DNA from: Candidatus Moraniibacteriota bacterium
GTDB lineage: Bacteria; Patescibacteriota; Minisyncoccia; Moranbacterales; UBA9337
Length of the DNA stretch: 44,858 nucleotides
Reading direction: 5' to 3'
NCBI GenBank assembly: GCA_036584565.1
Contig: JAZHDF010000082.1
Span: 1 to 44,858, forward strand
Each line of letters opens with the position of its first letter. The stretch's first letter is position 1. Of the stretch, positions 17,249-26,737 are shown one piece after another. The notes beneath the pieces are model-generated. The model did not search any database and was not told where the DNA came from. It saw only the letters and a program-made list of their open reading frames with translations. The position numbers were made by a program, and so were the translations under genes.

Positions 17249-18007
17249 TCAAGATAATATAATCCCAAAACTTCCAATAACGATAATCACCACCCCACTC
17301 GCTCCCAACATCTTCTTTATATATTCAATCAATGATTTATTTTTAGCATACTTCATTCTTTTGGGTCCGATCAAGGCCAGCACCCCTCTTTGCCCGTTGC
17401 TCAATTTATAAGGCGAAACTATCATTGAACAGTTGGAAATTTTCCCGATCGGGTTTTCCGCTCCGATAAATATCTTGGTTTCCCCCTCTTTCATCTCCTT
17501 AACGATTTTATCAAACATCTCATCAATATAATCCATTGTCTCCGCCAAGCGACAGACATCGTCCAGTTTTTGAAACTCCGGCTCGCTCAAGAGATCCCTC
17601 ATTCCAAAATCATCAAATTCATCTTTGTCCAAAATTCCGCTAATCGCCAAATTGCCGGTAATCCCGGAAAGCAACTTGGCGCTGGTTCGAGAAAGTCTCA
17701 TATTTTGAGCTTTTAGTTTCAAAAGTTCTTCTTGTAACTTTATTTGTTCCCGCTTGCTCAATTCCCGATCCCTCATCAACTCTTCCACAAAATATCGATA
17801 ACCTTTGTCGGTAGGAATCCGGCCGGCGCTGATATGCGGTTGATAAAGATACCCCTCGTCTTCCAATTCCGCCATTTCGCTTCTAATCGTAGCCGGACTG
17901 GCTTTGATCTTATACTTTTCGACCAAAATTTTTGAACCGATCGGCACAGCCGTTGAAGTATATTCTTCCACAATACATTCCAAAATTTTTTCTTGCCTTT
18001 GATTCAT
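17249..18007 (-). CDS. hrcA: Heat-inducible transcription repressor HrcA (compact form)
   Basis: N-terminal wHTH (PIGSKILVEKYKIKASPATIRSEMAELEDEGYL..PHISAGRIPTDKGYRYFV) and C-terminal GVLALIGPKRMKYAKN. Only 252 aa, with a hydrophobic C-terminal tail ASGVVIIVIGSFGIILS. Confidence 0.85.
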   Translation of the reverse strand: MNQRQEKILECIVEEYTSTAVPIGSKILVEKYKIKASPATIRSEMAELEDEGYLYQPHISAGRIPTDKGYRYFVEELMRDRELSKREQIKLQEELLKLKAQNMRLSRTSAKLLSGITGNLAISGILDKDEFDDFGMRDLLSEPEFQKLDDVCRLAETMDYIDEMFDKIVKEMKEGETKIFIGAENPIGKISNCSMIVSPYKLSNGQRGVLALIGPKRMKYAKNKSLIEYIKKMLGASGVVIIVIGSFGIILS

Positions 18008-18057
18008 ATGACTTTATAAACCTTATAAAAATAAATATTTTATCCTGTACCGATTCA

Positions 18058-18085
18058 ATTATAACAAAAAATTAGCACTCGTCAA
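18058..18085 (-). promoter_or_regulatory. hrcA operon promoter TTGACG-N16-TATAAT
   Basis: On the minus strand the -35 (18080-18085) sits in the CIRCE spacer and the -10 is at 18058-18063. Confidence 0.6.
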
Positions 18086-18098
18086 GTCCGAGTGCTAA
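18072..18098. promoter_or_regulatory. CIRCE operator (HrcA binding site)
   Basis: Perfect match to the consensus TTAGCACTC-N9-GAGTGCTAA, 65-91 nt upstream of the hrcA ATG. Confidence 0.95.
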
Positions 18099-18116
18099 TA
18101 AGTTTTTCAAATTATA

Positions 18117-18677
18117 CTATTGAATAATAACTTCTTTTGCCACCTCCACCATAGTGACAAAATTATTTCCCATACTCAACCCGATTGTTTTTCGGGTAAT
18201 ATCATAAAAATAAAAGTACATCATTTTTCCCATTTTTAGATAATCTTCCGTCTTCATCATTCTCCGATTTCCTCTTTCAGGGAAAAAAGTGCAGAGCAAA
18301 AAACAAAAATCCGCACCCCTCCTGACACTTTCCGGATTATTTTCTTCAATGCCTTTCAAAAAATAATCCGAGGCGTAATAGCTTTCAGGAATATTTTTAA
18401 AATAGCAAGAAACAACTCCCGAAACATACAGGGTGCAACGAAAAATATCCGGGTCAATCATCTTGTTTTTGACCAAAAAAGAACTCATTTCAGAAAGAAC
18501 AAACTCCTTTGGATTTATCACGATGTTTATATCGCTTGGAGTTTTCTTTTTTTGAGCATTCTCCGAAACGATTTTAAGCAATTGAGTAAAATCATCGCTT
18601 ATTTTATCAGGATTGAAAAAATCTTCCCTCTTGGAAAAAATAGATATTAATTTTCCCATAAAATCCTCCTTTTTCAA
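18117..18677 (-). CDS. Hypothetical protein
   Basis: 186-aa ORF with no recognisable motifs. Confidence 0.45.
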   Translation of the reverse strand: MKKEDFMGKLISIFSKREDFFNPDKISDDFTQLLKIVSENAQKKKTPSDINIVINPKEFVLSEMSSFLVKNKMIDPDIFRCTLYVSGVVSCYFKNIPESYYASDYFLKGIEENNPESVRRGADFCFLLCTFFPERGNRRMMKTEDYLKMGKMMYFYFYDITRKTIGLSMGNNFVTMVEVAKEVIIQ

Positions 18678-18793
18678 ATATTTTATAGCTTCATTTTCTT
18701 TCCATTTTTATGTTAAAGCATAACAAAACAAAAATCAATACGATACAGATAATTATTATACAAGTTACTGCGGGGCAAAAAATTTATAAAATC

Positions 18794-20071
18794 CTACTCT
18801 TTTCTAATCGCTTCCGCCGGAGTCAATTGAGATGCTCGACGAGCGGGATAAAATCCAAACACCAATCCCGTAAACATCGAAAATCCCACCGCCAGCAAAA
18901 CCGAACTTTTGGAAACATCGAAAACCACTCCCCAACCATAAGATGAAATAAAATAGGTTGCGAATCGGGCCGATATGATTCCCAGGACAACTCCGATCAC
19001 TCCGCCGATAAAAGTCAAAAATATCGCTTCAAAAATAAACTGCCAAAGAATGTCCCTGTTCCTGGCGCCCACCGCCTTCCTCAAACCGATCTCCCGAGTG
19101 CGCTCGGTTACCGCCACATACATCACATTCATTATTCCCACTCCGCCCACTACCAAGGAAATTGAAGCTAAAGCCAGCAAAAGATAATTTATCACATTAA
19201 AAATTTTGTCTAAAATTTCCTTGGCCTCGGCAATCGAAATCACCGCAAAATCGTCATCAATCCCGTCTTTTTTATCTTGCTCGTTGTCATACTCAATGTC
19301 GTGCCTGTCTCGCATAAGAGCTCGCATTTCCTCCATGGTCTGCTCAACTTTATCCATATCCTTTACTTTAAAAATGGCAAATTGAATATGATCGATGCCC
19401 ATAATTTTCTTTTGCAACGTTCTGACCGGGATATATATTATTTTATTAAAATCAAAGCCTCCGGCCGAACTCCGTTCTTTCATCACTCCGATTACTTTAA
19501 ATTTCTTTTTTCCGACTTTGATGCTTTTTCCCACCGCCTCTTCGTTGGGAAAAAACAATTCTTTGGTTTTGCTTCCTAAGACAACTACCTGCTTCAAATC
19601 CCGATCATCCTCTTCGAGAAAAAAAGAACCCTTTTCCAATTCCGCCCCGCTGTCGGCCGCCATCATTCCGGCCGAAACTCCGAAAATAAAAGTTTGTTCG
19701 TTTTCTCCCTCGTAAGAAACAATTTGCTGACCGAGAATTCCACCATACCAATCCCCCAAATTGGGCAACTTAGCCACCTCCTCGGCATCTTCCATGCTTA
19801 AAGTGGTGATTTGCATTCCGCCTGCCATTGAGGAAACATTCTGAGAAGAAATTTGAGAGGTCTGTGGCACCTTAACTTCAATCTCGACAATATCCGTTCC
19901 GAAACTTTCCACTTGAGCCACCACAAAACCTTTTAGGCCGTTACCCAAAGACAAAATCAAAATAACCGAAGTTACTCCGATTACGATACCCAAAAGCGAC
20001 AGAGCGGTTCGCGCTTTACTGCCGTATAAATTTCGCAAAGCTAATTTAATTGAAGTTAAAAACTTTTGCAT
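18794..20071 (-). CDS. MacB/FtsX-type ABC transporter permease (second copy)
   Basis: MacB_PCD-like periplasmic domain between TM1 and TM2, and a C-terminal FtsX motif (GLRKAVGARNRDILWQF, YPARRASQLTPAEAIR). The ATG at 20071 is preferred over the track start at 20131. Confidence 0.85.
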   Translation of the reverse strand: MQKFLTSIKLALRNLYGSKARTALSLLGIVIGVTSVILILSLGNGLKGFVVAQVESFGTDIVEIEVKVPQTSQISSQNVSSMAGGMQITTLSMEDAEEVAKLPNLGDWYGGILGQQIVSYEGENEQTFIFGVSAGMMAADSGAELEKGSFFLEEDDRDLKQVVVLGSKTKELFFPNEEAVGKSIKVGKKKFKVIGVMKERSSAGGFDFNKIIYIPVRTLQKKIMGIDHIQFAIFKVKDMDKVEQTMEEMRALMRDRHDIEYDNEQDKKDGIDDDFAVISIAEAKEILDKIFNVINYLLLALASISLVVGGVGIMNVMYVAVTERTREIGLRKAVGARNRDILWQFIFEAIFLTFIGGVIGVVLGIISARFATYFISSYGWGVVFDVSKSSVLLAVGFSMFTGLVFGFYPARRASQLTPAEAIRKE

Positions 20072-20146
20072 ATTACATAAAAATAAACCAATAACCAAAA
20101 AACAATTTCCAAATAAATTACAAATGGCCAATTTACAATAACCAAA

Positions 20147-20530
20147 TTACTTTTTTCTATCTTCTGATTTAATTATAATTGAAGATAATATCTTTTTTAT
20201 TTCCATAGATTCAGTTAATAAACCACTTATTTTATATTCCAAGTCCTTATTTGCCTCTATAATTAGATTTAACCAAAACTCGGTTTCTTTTGCCTCCCTG
20301 CGAGCTATTTTAATTCTCATTAAAAAATCTTTTTTACTCAACGAATCATTGGCTTCTCTGTAGTTTGCACCAATTGAGCCAGCAGATCGAATAATTTGAT
20401 CAATTAACTTGAAATTTACAGTATTACTAGGAAGAACTTTGCACATTCTAATGATTCTTTTTGCAAATTCCAATGTTCTATCCTCTAAATCAAATTTATG
20501 ATTTTTTGTTTGTCTGTTTTTATTTATCAT
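20147..20530 (-). CDS. Four-helix-bundle protein (23S rRNA IVS protein / Avd-like family)
   Basis: 127 aa. SIGANYREANDSLSKKDFLMRIKIARREAKETEFWL is the family signature. Confidence 0.8.
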   Translation of the reverse strand: MINKNRQTKNHKFDLEDRTLEFAKRIIRMCKVLPSNTVNFKLIDQIIRSAGSIGANYREANDSLSKKDFLMRIKIARREAKETEFWLNLIIEANKDLEYKISGLLTESMEIKKILSSIIIKSEDRKK

Positions 20531-20598
20531 AATTGATTATTGTAATTTGATTATTATTTGTTTTTTGTAATTTAATTTATTGGTTATTAAGCTTTGCG

Positions 20599-21849
20599 CT
20601 ACTCATAGCGCAAAGCTTCCATCGGACTGATTTTGGAAGCCTTAACCGCCGGGTAAAGTCCGAAAAATATCCCGATTAAAACGGAAACCGAAACCGCCAC
20701 CAAAATCGAAATCGGAGAAATAATAAATTGCCAATCATAACCCAACAAGTTGATAATTATCGAAACCAGATAAGAAACCGCGATTCCCAAAATTATGCCC
20801 CACACCCCGCCGATAAAAGAAATGGTGGCCGATTCGATCAAAAATTGAATCATCACATCGCTGTTTTTGGCGCCCACGGCTTTTCTCAGTCCAACCTCGT
20901 TTATCCTTTGATTAACGGCAATCAACATCACATTCATCACTCCCACTCCGCCGACTATCAAAGAAATTGTCCCGACCGCCAAAAGAAAATAACGCATTGC
21001 ATCGGTTACGGTTGATAATATTTCTATGGCCGAAGCCCAATCTCTGACCGAAAAATCATCGTCCTCCGGATCATCAATATCATGTTGATTTCTCAAAACA
21101 TTTTTTACATCTTCTTTGGCAATCGGGATATTTTCTTCCGAATCTATTTTTAGCCGGATATAACCCAAATGATTTATCCCCATCAATAATTTCTGGGCGG
21201 TAGCCAGAGGAATGAAAACGGTTTCGTCCTGGCTGGAAACCCCGAATCCGGCCGAGGCTCTTTCTTGTAAAACCCCGATAACCGTAAAATCATAATCCTT
21301 GATTTTTATTTTTTTACCCAAAGGGTCCGTGTCGCCAAAAACATCCTTAACCAAAGAAGCTCCCAAAACGGCCACTCGCGACAAATTAATTTCCTCATCC
21401 TCACTTATGAACCTCCCCTTTTCAATTTCGGTACTTTCCACTTCCAAATAGTCGGCCGTTGTCCCGGTAAAAGAAACGCCGAGTTCTTCTTCGTCATTCT
21501 CCAATATCGCCGTACCCATCAGATATCCGGCGGCCGCTTCCACCCCGGTCACGTTTTTAGGTTTTTTGAGTTCCAAGAGATCGTCATATTTCAAGGTGGT
21601 CACCACCACACCCACAGCCGAAGCCGGCGGACCTTTTTCATCCGAAGCGCCGGGTAAAACTCCGATTAAATTAGAGCCCACTCCTCTAATTTGATCCAAA
21701 ATCAACTCTTGAGCGCTTTGACCGACGGCAAAAATTATAATCACCGAAGCCACTCCGATAATAATTCCCAACATAGTTAAAAAGGAGCGGAACTTGGCCG
21801 CCATCAGATTTTTAAAAGAAATTTTTATGGGAATAATTACATTAAACAT
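20599..21849 (-). CDS. MacB/FtsX-type ABC transporter permease (first copy)
   Basis: 416 aa. N-terminus AAKFRSFLTMLGIIIGVASVI and C-terminus GLRKAVGAKNSDVMIQF...YPAVKASKISPMEALRYE. Confidence 0.9.
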   Translation of the reverse strand: MFNVIIPIKISFKNLMAAKFRSFLTMLGIIIGVASVIIIFAVGQSAQELILDQIRGVGSNLIGVLPGASDEKGPPASAVGVVVTTLKYDDLLELKKPKNVTGVEAAAGYLMGTAILENDEEELGVSFTGTTADYLEVESTEIEKGRFISEDEEINLSRVAVLGASLVKDVFGDTDPLGKKIKIKDYDFTVIGVLQERASAGFGVSSQDETVFIPLATAQKLLMGINHLGYIRLKIDSEENIPIAKEDVKNVLRNQHDIDDPEDDDFSVRDWASAIEILSTVTDAMRYFLLAVGTISLIVGGVGVMNVMLIAVNQRINEVGLRKAVGAKNSDVMIQFLIESATISFIGGVWGIILGIAVSYLVSIIINLLGYDWQFIISPISILVAVSVSVLIGIFFGLYPAVKASKISPMEALRYE

Positions 21850-21860
21850 TAATCATGAAA

Positions 21861-21962
21861 CATAAAACATATAGCATGAAGCATGGGGGCATTAAACATT
21901 TAATTTAAATAACATTGTGTTATAGAATTTTATATTACATGTTATGCGCTATATGTTATATG
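21861..21962. repeat. Imperfect 24-bp inverted repeat built from ATAACAT/ATGTTAT words
   Basis: 21861-21884 pairs with 21939-21962 (exact core AACATATAGC / GCTATATGTT). It fills the ATPase-permease intergenic gap. Confidence 0.6.
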
Positions 21963-21995
21963 CTTTAATGTTACGTGTTATGTGTTATGTGAAAT

Positions 21996-22724
21996 TTATT
22001 TCAAAAGTTCTCCATCCACCGCGATTTTCCTTTCTTTAACCGGATCATCCGCAACAATCAAACCGTCTTTGACAAAAAGAATTCGCTTGGCGTGCTGAGC
22101 GGTAAAAGTTTCATGAGTCACAAGAATAATCGTCTTACCGGCATCGTTCAATTTTTGTAAAATTTGCATTATCTGAGTCCCGCTTTTGGAATCAAGGTTT
22201 CCGGTCGGCTCGTCGGCAAAAATTATCTCCGGATCGGTTACCAAAGCCCGCGCAATCGCCACTCGTTGCTTTTCGCCACCGGAAAGTTGATTGGAGTAGT
22301 AATAAGTTCGATGCTCCATTCCCACCGCTTTTAGCGCTTCCTTTATCTTACCCTCATTCACCTTGTTGCTGATATCGTGATTGTAAAGAAGAGGCAATTC
22401 CACGTTCTCATAAACGGTGGTACGGGGGAGGAGGTTAAAAGTTTGAAAAATAAAACCGATTTTACTGTTTCGAGTTTCCGCCGATTCATCATCTGAAAAA
22501 GTGCCGGTATCCCTACCTTCCAAAAAATATTCTCCCCCTGTCGGTCGATCCAATAAACCCAAGACTTGCATCAAAGTGGACTTACCGCTTCCGCTCGGTC
22601 CCATAATGGAAACGAATTCGCCCTTATCGATTTCAAAAGAGTTCTCGCGTAAAGCCAAAGTTTCCACTTCGCCGTTAGTGTAAGTTTTACTTATTTTATT
22701 TGCTTTAATAATCGGAATTGACAT
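21996..22724 (-). CDS. MacB/LolD-type ABC transporter ATP-binding protein
   Basis: Walker [10 protein letters not shown], signature [15 protein letters not shown] and Walker [16 protein letters not shown] at 22724. Confidence 0.92.
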   Translation of the reverse strand: MSIPIIKANKISKTYTNGEVETLALRENSFEIDKGEFVSIMGPSGSGKSTLMQVLGLLDRPTGGEYFLEGRDTGTFSDDESAETRNSKIGFIFQTFNLLPRTTVYENVELPLLYNHDISNKVNEGKIKEALKAVGMEHRTYYYSNQLSGGEKQRVAIARALVTDPEIIFADEPTGNLDSKSGTQIMQILQKLNDAGKTIILVTHETFTAQHAKRILFVKDGLIVADDPVKERKIAVDGELLK

Positions 22725-22884
22725 ATGGATTGAAAATTTTGTAATTTTTAAATAAAAATTCAAAATAACAAATATTTATAATTATCGATTACGAGTCAAC
22801 TGGCGGAGGATTTTTTTTACAAAAATAAAAATAGATCGTCTCTGCGAGTAATTTCCGTACTCGGAAATTGCGCAGCAGTCTTGT

Positions 22885-23150
22885 GCGAGATTGCCACGTC
22901 GGAGTACCTCCTCGCAATGACAAACCGCACGTGTAATCTCGAGCGTATCCGCCAACTGGAGGAGGAGTCGAGAGATCTAGATTTCTCCACAAGGTCGAAA
23001 TGACAGAGGGAGGCTTCGCGCCGGCAAAAATATTGGTATTTTTTCGATGACGGTTGACTGATGACTTGATGACAAAATACCCTCATTACCAATTATTCAT
23101 TCTTAATTCTTCATTCTTAATTTTTCTTTAATTACCAGTTACCGATTATT
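22885..23150 (-). repeat. Modular repeat cluster, copy 4 (A, C, B, then ATTACC/ATTCTTAAT word tracts)
   Basis: Module A at 22885-22925, C at 22987-23006, B at 23033-23077. Track ORFs 22789-22992 and 22817-23092 are translations of it. Confidence 0.8.
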
Positions 23151-23155
23151 ATTAA

Positions 23156-24172
23156 CTACTTCCCTTCTTTTGTAAAAGTTACCACCTCTTCTCCCCCGTT
23201 TAAACCGGTAACGATTTCCGTCAGACCGCTGTCTCCCCGCAATCCCGCCTTGACATCCGCTCTTCTGACAGTTTTTTCTTGATCGGCGCCTATCTCCAAA
23301 ATTTCCACATAACGTTTGCCATCTTCATTTTTTATAGCTTGATTGGAGATTGCCAAGACGTCTTTCTTTTCGGCTGTCAAAATATCGATATCGGTACTCA
23401 TCCCGGATTTAATTCTCTCGTCTTCGGTCAAAATTTTGAAAGTCACCCGATAATAAACCACATCTTGAATAATGGTGGCGGCTGGCTCAATCTCCGTAAC
23501 TTCAAACTCAAATATTTCATCGGAAAGGAAAGCGTCAAAAGTCGCCTGTCCTTTTTGACCGATTTTTATTTTATCAATATCGGACTCCGGTACATCCGCT
23601 TCAATTTCAAAACCTTTTTCTCCCGAAATGGTCACCAGCGGTTTCCCCATAGTGGCCATTTCCCCTTGTGCTAAATATTTTTTGGCAATAACTCCGTCGA
23701 TAGGAGCATACACGATATTTTTTTTCATTTGTTTTTGCAATGTCCAGGTGGCGGCGCGCGCGCTTTCCACCGCCAATTTAGCCGCCTCTCTCTCTTCCGG
23801 CTTTAATTCGTCCCATTTTCTCCTCTTTAAATCCAGCTGTTCTTGTTGAATTTGAAGAGCGATTAACGTCTCGTTCAATTGTGCTCGCACTACGGAATCA
23901 TTAATCTTGGCAATCTTTTGCCCCTTTTCAATTCTATCTCCGACTTCTATCACTAACTCTTCCACCGTACCGCTTATTTCCGGCGAAACATCGGCTTTTA
24001 CAATATCAACCACTTCACCGGTTACGGAAACGGTCTGCTTTAAATCGGTCCTGATCGCTTTTTCCGTGGTGTATTCCGGTCCTGTATCTTTGGGCTTAAA
24101 ATAATAAAAAGCGCCGGCGCCCAAAACCGCCAACAAAGTTACCCAAATTAATATTTTTTTTCTTTTTTTCAT
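23156..24172 (-). CDS. Efflux transporter periplasmic adaptor (HlyD/MacA family)
   Basis: N-terminal membrane anchor, then lipoyl/barrel-sandwich motifs (VTGEVV...ISGTVEEL.VEVGD.V.KGQ.IAKI), a coiled-coil hairpin, and a beta-barrel C-terminus. ATG at 24172. Confidence 0.85.
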   Translation of the reverse strand: MKKRKKILIWVTLLAVLGAGAFYYFKPKDTGPEYTTEKAIRTDLKQTVSVTGEVVDIVKADVSPEISGTVEELVIEVGDRIEKGQKIAKINDSVVRAQLNETLIALQIQQEQLDLKRRKWDELKPEEREAAKLAVESARAATWTLQKQMKKNIVYAPIDGVIAKKYLAQGEMATMGKPLVTISGEKGFEIEADVPESDIDKIKIGQKGQATFDAFLSDEIFEFEVTEIEPAATIIQDVVYYRVTFKILTEDERIKSGMSTDIDILTAEKKDVLAISNQAIKNEDGKRYVEILEIGADQEKTVRRADVKAGLRGDSGLTEIVTGLNGGEEVVTFTKEGK

Positions 24173-24209
24173 ATGCGACTCTAATTTATCAAATAACACG
24201 CGAATGACT

Positions 24210-24611
24210 CTAATTCGAATGAAATTTGGAATTTATTACTCTTTTTGGTTTTAAATATGTATGTCTAAAATTTACTATCAAGCCCAATGGAAGATTGGAT
24301 ACTTCCAAATATCTTAACATTTGAAAATAATCATTCTTTGTTATAAACTTTTTAGCTTTAAAATCTATTATAATAATCTTTTTAATAATAAAATCCGGTA
24401 TGTTCCCATTTTCTTTTGCATTATTAAAAATATTTTTTAATTCAGACTCCCTCGTATAATCAATTTTTATTAACTTTAATTTTTCTTCGAACAAATCACA
24501 GTATTGTCTTTCTGTTTTAAATCTTCCCAATTCATTATGAACCTTAAACATTATGCCGGTCAATTTATATGATAATTCCGGATAATACAAATCTTTTTTT
24601 ATCGGACCCAT
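24210..24611 (-). CDS. GxxExxY-family protein (PD-(D/E)xK-like)
   Basis: 133 aa. ELSYKLTGIMFKVHNELG..TERQYCDLFEEKL resembles the family N-terminus. Assignment is by pattern only. Confidence 0.55.
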   Translation of the reverse strand: MGPIKKDLYYPELSYKLTGIMFKVHNELGRFKTERQYCDLFEEKLKLIKIDYTRESELKNIFNNAKENGNIPDFIIKKIIIIDFKAKKFITKNDYFQMLRYLEVSNLPLGLIVNFRHTYLKPKRVINSKFHSN

Positions 24612-24663
24612 TTTAAAAAATTTAAAAATTCTAAAAAAATATCTGGATTGTTTTTAATTCGAA

Positions 24664-25128
24664 TTATTCGAGTGGCAATTGATTTATTTGGGTCGCCCCC
24701 TTATCCAGCGCCTCGTTAACCAACTTGTCCGCCACGGTGTTTTTTTCACGGGGAATATGAAAAAATTTAACATTTTTAAAGTCCAGCATTAAATTCCAAA
24801 TTTCGATAAAATATTTTTGAATCCTTTCTTCTTTCAATTTATATTGATGATTTAATTGCTTGACCATCAATTCGCTATCCGCATAACACTCAATTTGAAA
24901 CTCCTTGGCTTTGGTCTTGCCGATTAGCGCCTTGGTTTTTTTTAAACCGAAAATCAACGCTTCATATTCGGCGTCATTATTGGTTTTTATTCCAATACAT
25001 TCTCCATATTTTTTGTCGATATCCCCCGCAAGTCCGCTTTTGGGAGCGGAAATCCAAATACCAATTCCGGCCGGCCCGGGATTGCCCCGCGAACCGCCAT
25101 CGGTATGGATAGTTATTTTATTTTCCAT
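24664..25128 (-). CDS. rnhA: Ribonuclease HI
   Basis: 154 aa. TDGGSRGNPGPAGIG, NNDAEYEALIFGL and a C-terminal NTVADKLVNEAL. Confidence 0.88.
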   Translation of the reverse strand: MENKITIHTDGGSRGNPGPAGIGIWISAPKSGLAGDIDKKYGECIGIKTNNDAEYEALIFGLKKTKALIGKTKAKEFQIECYADSELMVKQLNHQYKLKEERIQKYFIEIWNLMLDFKNVKFFHIPREKNTVADKLVNEALDKGATQINQLPLE

Positions 25129-25162
25129 ATCTTAATATTAGCATACCTCGATATTTTTGGAA

Positions 25163-25195
25163 ATAAAAAAAAGCCGGATCCTCCCTGGTCCGACT
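25163..25195 (-). terminator. Rho-independent terminator after ORF 25212-25559
   Basis: On the minus strand: AGTCGGA-ccagggagga-TCCGGCT followed by TTTTTTTTATTT. Confidence 0.6.
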
Positions 25196-25211
25196 TGATG
25201 CAAAAAAAAGA

Positions 25212-25559
25212 CTAAAAAATACCCATGTCCCAATGCGACTTAATAACCAGCTGAGAAAATAATCCGACTAGAAGATAAACCGCCAGAAAATAAATTATTC
25301 CCAAAAACCACCCGCCCAAATTAAAGGCAAAAAAAACATTTAAAGTATCTTTTTCCAAGATTAAAATCTTCCAATCAAATTTTACGGATAAAAAAAATGT
25401 AATCACCGGCAAAACTGTCCCGAGTGTCGCAAATAAACAACATTCCTTATTGTATTCGTCCCCGCAATTATCTCCCGCCTCCAAAATTAGAAATGGCAGC
25501 CAAAATAAAAGATTTAAAAATTTGTCACTTTTTTTGCCACTGTCAAAAAAATATTTCAT
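25212..25559 (-). CDS. Small membrane protein, unknown function
   Basis: 115 aa with three hydrophobic segments. Confidence 0.45.
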   Translation of the reverse strand: MKYFFDSGKKSDKFLNLLFWLPFLILEAGDNCGDEYNKECCLFATLGTVLPVITFFLSVKFDWKILILEKDTLNVFFAFNLGGWFLGIIYFLAVYLLVGLFSQLVIKSHWDMGIF

Positions 25560-25635
25560 TTTCCTCTCCCCCTCTTTTGATTATTCGTAAGGAACTCCTT
25601 ATTAAATTATAAAAAATATCCCAAAAAGTCAATTC

Positions 25636-25917
25636 TTATTCCAAATCCTTTTTTACTCCCAATGCTTTATAGAGCATCCCGGTAAAAAATAAGACTACTG
25701 TGCCGATCAAAATCAAGGCAAAAGGATATTGTTTAAAAAAATCCACCCGGCTTAAAATCAACTCAAAACCGTAAATAATCGAAGCGGTACTGAAGACCGC
25801 CAAAAAGGAAAATAAGATCGGATAACGATGGACTGCCGTTTGTTGATAATAAACCAACTTTTCATCCGCCTTTTGGGCGACTTTTTCTATCTCCAAGATT
25901 GGATCGGGAATTTGCAT
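25636..25917 (-). CDS. Small membrane protein, unknown function
   Basis: 93 aa with two hydrophobic segments. Confidence 0.45.
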   Translation of the reverse strand: MQIPDPILEIEKVAQKADEKLVYYQQTAVHRYPILFSFLAVFSTASIIYGFELILSRVDFFKQYPFALILIGTVVLFFTGMLYKALGVKKDLE

Positions 25918-25968
25918 AAATTTTTAAAAATATTTAAATTACCTCTACATTATAACATATTTATCAAA

Positions 25969-26002
25969 CAAAAAACCGCCCCTTAAAACAGGCGGTTTTT
26001 TT
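25969..26002 (-). terminator. rplA terminator (bidirectional)
   Basis: AAAAAACCGCC-ccttaaaaca-GGCGGTTTTTTT, 24 nt downstream of the rplA stop. Confidence 0.75.
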
Positions 26003-26025
26003 ATTTAAAGATTTTTTCTCTCAGA

Positions 26026-26715
26026 TTATCTAACCTCCACTCCGGGACCCATAGTTGAACAAATCACGATTTTGGTTATCAATTTTCCTTTAACAGCTTC
26101 TTGTTTGGATTTTTCCAAAGCCTCGACAAACACCTCCAAATTTTCTTTCAACTGAGCCACTTCAAATGAAGCTCTTCCGATTACTTGATGGACATTGCCG
26201 GTATTGTCATTTTTAAAACTCACTTTTCCCTTCTTAAGCATCTCCACCGCCTCCTTAACCTTGTCGGTTACAGTATCGGTTTTAGGATTGGGCATTAAAC
26301 CTTTCGGTCCCAAAATTTTGGCCACTTGAGCAAGTTTGGGCATCATCTCCGGAGTAGCCACCAAAATATCAAAATTCAACTTTCCTTTCTTGATTTCATC
26401 GATCATTTCCTCTCCCATCACCACATCCGCCTTGGCCTCCTTGGCTTCTTTGGCTTTGGTAGAAGTAATTACCCCGATTCGCTTGCTTTTTCCGGTTCCA
26501 TGAGGAAAAACCACCGAACCTCTGAGCTGCTGGTCGCCTTTTTTGGGATCAATGCCGGTTTTAACATGAACCTCGATCGACTCATCAAATTTGGCCACTT
26601 TATTTTCCTTTACCAGCGCCAAACCCTCTTCGACGGAATAAACTTTTTTCTCGATTTTCTCCGCCACTTCCTTATATTTTTTTCCTCTTCTCATTATTTT
26701 TCGTGGTCCTTGCAT
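26026..26715 (-). CDS. rplA: 50S ribosomal protein L1
   Basis: MRRGKKYKEVAEKIEKKVYSVEEGLALVKE... is typical of L1. The true start may be the ATG at 26694 (M8). Confidence 0.95.
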   Translation of the reverse strand: MQGPRKIMRRGKKYKEVAEKIEKKVYSVEEGLALVKENKVAKFDESIEVHVKTGIDPKKGDQQLRGSVVFPHGTGKSKRIGVITSTKAKEAKEAKADVVMGEEMIDEIKKGKLNFDILVATPEMMPKLAQVAKILGPKGLMPNPKTDTVTDKVKEAVEMLKKGKVSFKNDNTGNVHQVIGRASFEVAQLKENLEVFVEALEKSKQEAVKGKLITKIVICSTMGPGVEVR

Positions 26716-26737
26716 ATTACGTAATTAATTACGTAAT
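26716..26737. promoter_or_regulatory. Perfect 22-bp palindrome ATTACGTAATT/AATTACGTAAT abutting the upstream rplA ATG
   Basis: Seen directly. GGGAG lies immediately 5' of it on the mRNA strand (26740-26744). Confidence 0.4.
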
